Source: Vicugna vicugna
Lineage: Eukaryota
Direction: 5' to 3'
NCBI GenBank assembly: GCA_013265495.1
Contig: MU057560.1
Coordinates: forward strand, 1,314,753 to 1,378,752
DNA: 64,000 nucleotides
Both the position numbers and the translations under genes were made by a program. The notes under the pieces are model-generated. The model saw only the letters and a program-made list of their open reading frames with translations, was not told the origin of the DNA and did not search any database. Below, one piece after another: positions 63,002 to 64,000 of this stretch (the stretch's first letter is position 1; each line of letters starts with the position of its first letter).

Positions 63002-64000
63002 GTTAGGGTGGGAAGGTCTTCGGGAGAGCGCCATTCCCTTCTGAGTGTAAATTGAGGAGCAACGCTGAGCTTTGGAGACTAATGTAGCCCCTACACCCAT
63101 GAATCTGGGGAGTGATGTGGGGAGACGCACAGCGTCCTCCTACACCTTCCTCTAGAAGTCTGCCCCGCGGAGCAAAGCCAGAGTTCACCTTGCGCAGAAG
63201 TTCAGGCGAGGAGAGAGCTTCTCAAAACACTTCTCTTTGTCTCCTAATTAACATCATTTTTGTCTGATTCTAGCTTTAGGCGTTAAGGGTTTTTGTCATT
63301 TTATATTTTCAGTGTGAAAACCCTTGCCTTTCTTTCCGGCTCTGTGATATTTGGGGGAGAATATGGGTGCATGGCAAGCTGCCAGTGAGAGATCATTGAT
63401 CCAAGTGCCCACACGTGAGGGTCTGAATGAGCTCCTTTTTATTACAAATTAATAACTTGAGACATTATTTTATAAAGTTCAAAATGTACTGCAGTTCCAT
63501 AAAAATATTTCAAACATTGATGCACAATGAACGATCTACCTTTAAAACCTGTCACTATACCCCTAGGGAACCAATACAATTTCCTACATACCTTCTGGGC
63601 CCTTAATCTCTTAATCAATGCCAGTTTGGAGCAAATGTGATGAGTTCAGGACTAATTGAAAGGATACATATTATTAATGCCAGACATTCGCCCTCGCCTC
63701 TCAGCTTAGCAAGGTTCATTTTTGAGGTGAGCAAATTAAAGATTGACTCCCATGGTAGCAAAACACCCAGCGAGAGGGCGTAAGCTGTTTATATAGTGCA
63801 CCATCCCCTTTGGTCCAAAAGGCACACAGGTTAGCAGCCAATGTGTTCAAGCTTAGACCAAAAAGACAAGAATCTAATTGCAGCTTTTTGAATAACTCAG
63901 TGAAGGGTATTCTATTATTTCTCCTGGGCTGCATTTCACCAATGGAAAAACACAGACCTGGTAGTTCTCATCTTAGCCAGGGACACTGCAGAGATTAGAA

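Noticed and set aside
1..64000. CRISPR array, operon, tRNA/rRNA or prokaryote-type defence system
   Set aside because: The sequence is mammalian, repeat-rich non-coding DNA; no repeat-spacer array or structural RNA gene was seen.

Overview
Mammalian genomic DNA, almost certainly cetartiodactyl and probably camelid, judged from the style of the young L1 3' ends and a camelid-type SINE tail at 39824-39908. I found no credible protein-coding exon. The ORF track is mostly noise from bacterial start codons, GC-rich shadow ORFs and L1 fragments. Much of the window is interspersed repeat: Charlie1, MER58A, MER2, MER20, MIR, L2, MaLR/ERV LTRs, and old and young L1, often nested. The only gene-derived sequence I recognise is a 5'-truncated PHB2 (prohibitin-2) processed pseudogene (37655-38176, minus) inserted in an old L1. 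There are CpG-island-like segments at about 8.8-9.7, 25.2-25.4, 31.8-32.6 and 54.6-55.1 kb. The most interesting observations are: (i) ancient repeats that are locally GC/CpG-enriched, including a CpG island that appears to be built from an L2; (ii) a helically phased cluster of POU octamer motifs at about 23.05 kb; (iii) a tandem-CRE plus FOX-site CpG island with no visible coding gene; (iv) an L1 insertion with both a 5' inversion and an apparent 3' transduction inside one TSD pair. I see no evidence of a new multi-gene system. Repeat family names come from recalled consensus sequences, not a database search. Boundaries are approximate unless TSDs or TIRs are quoted.
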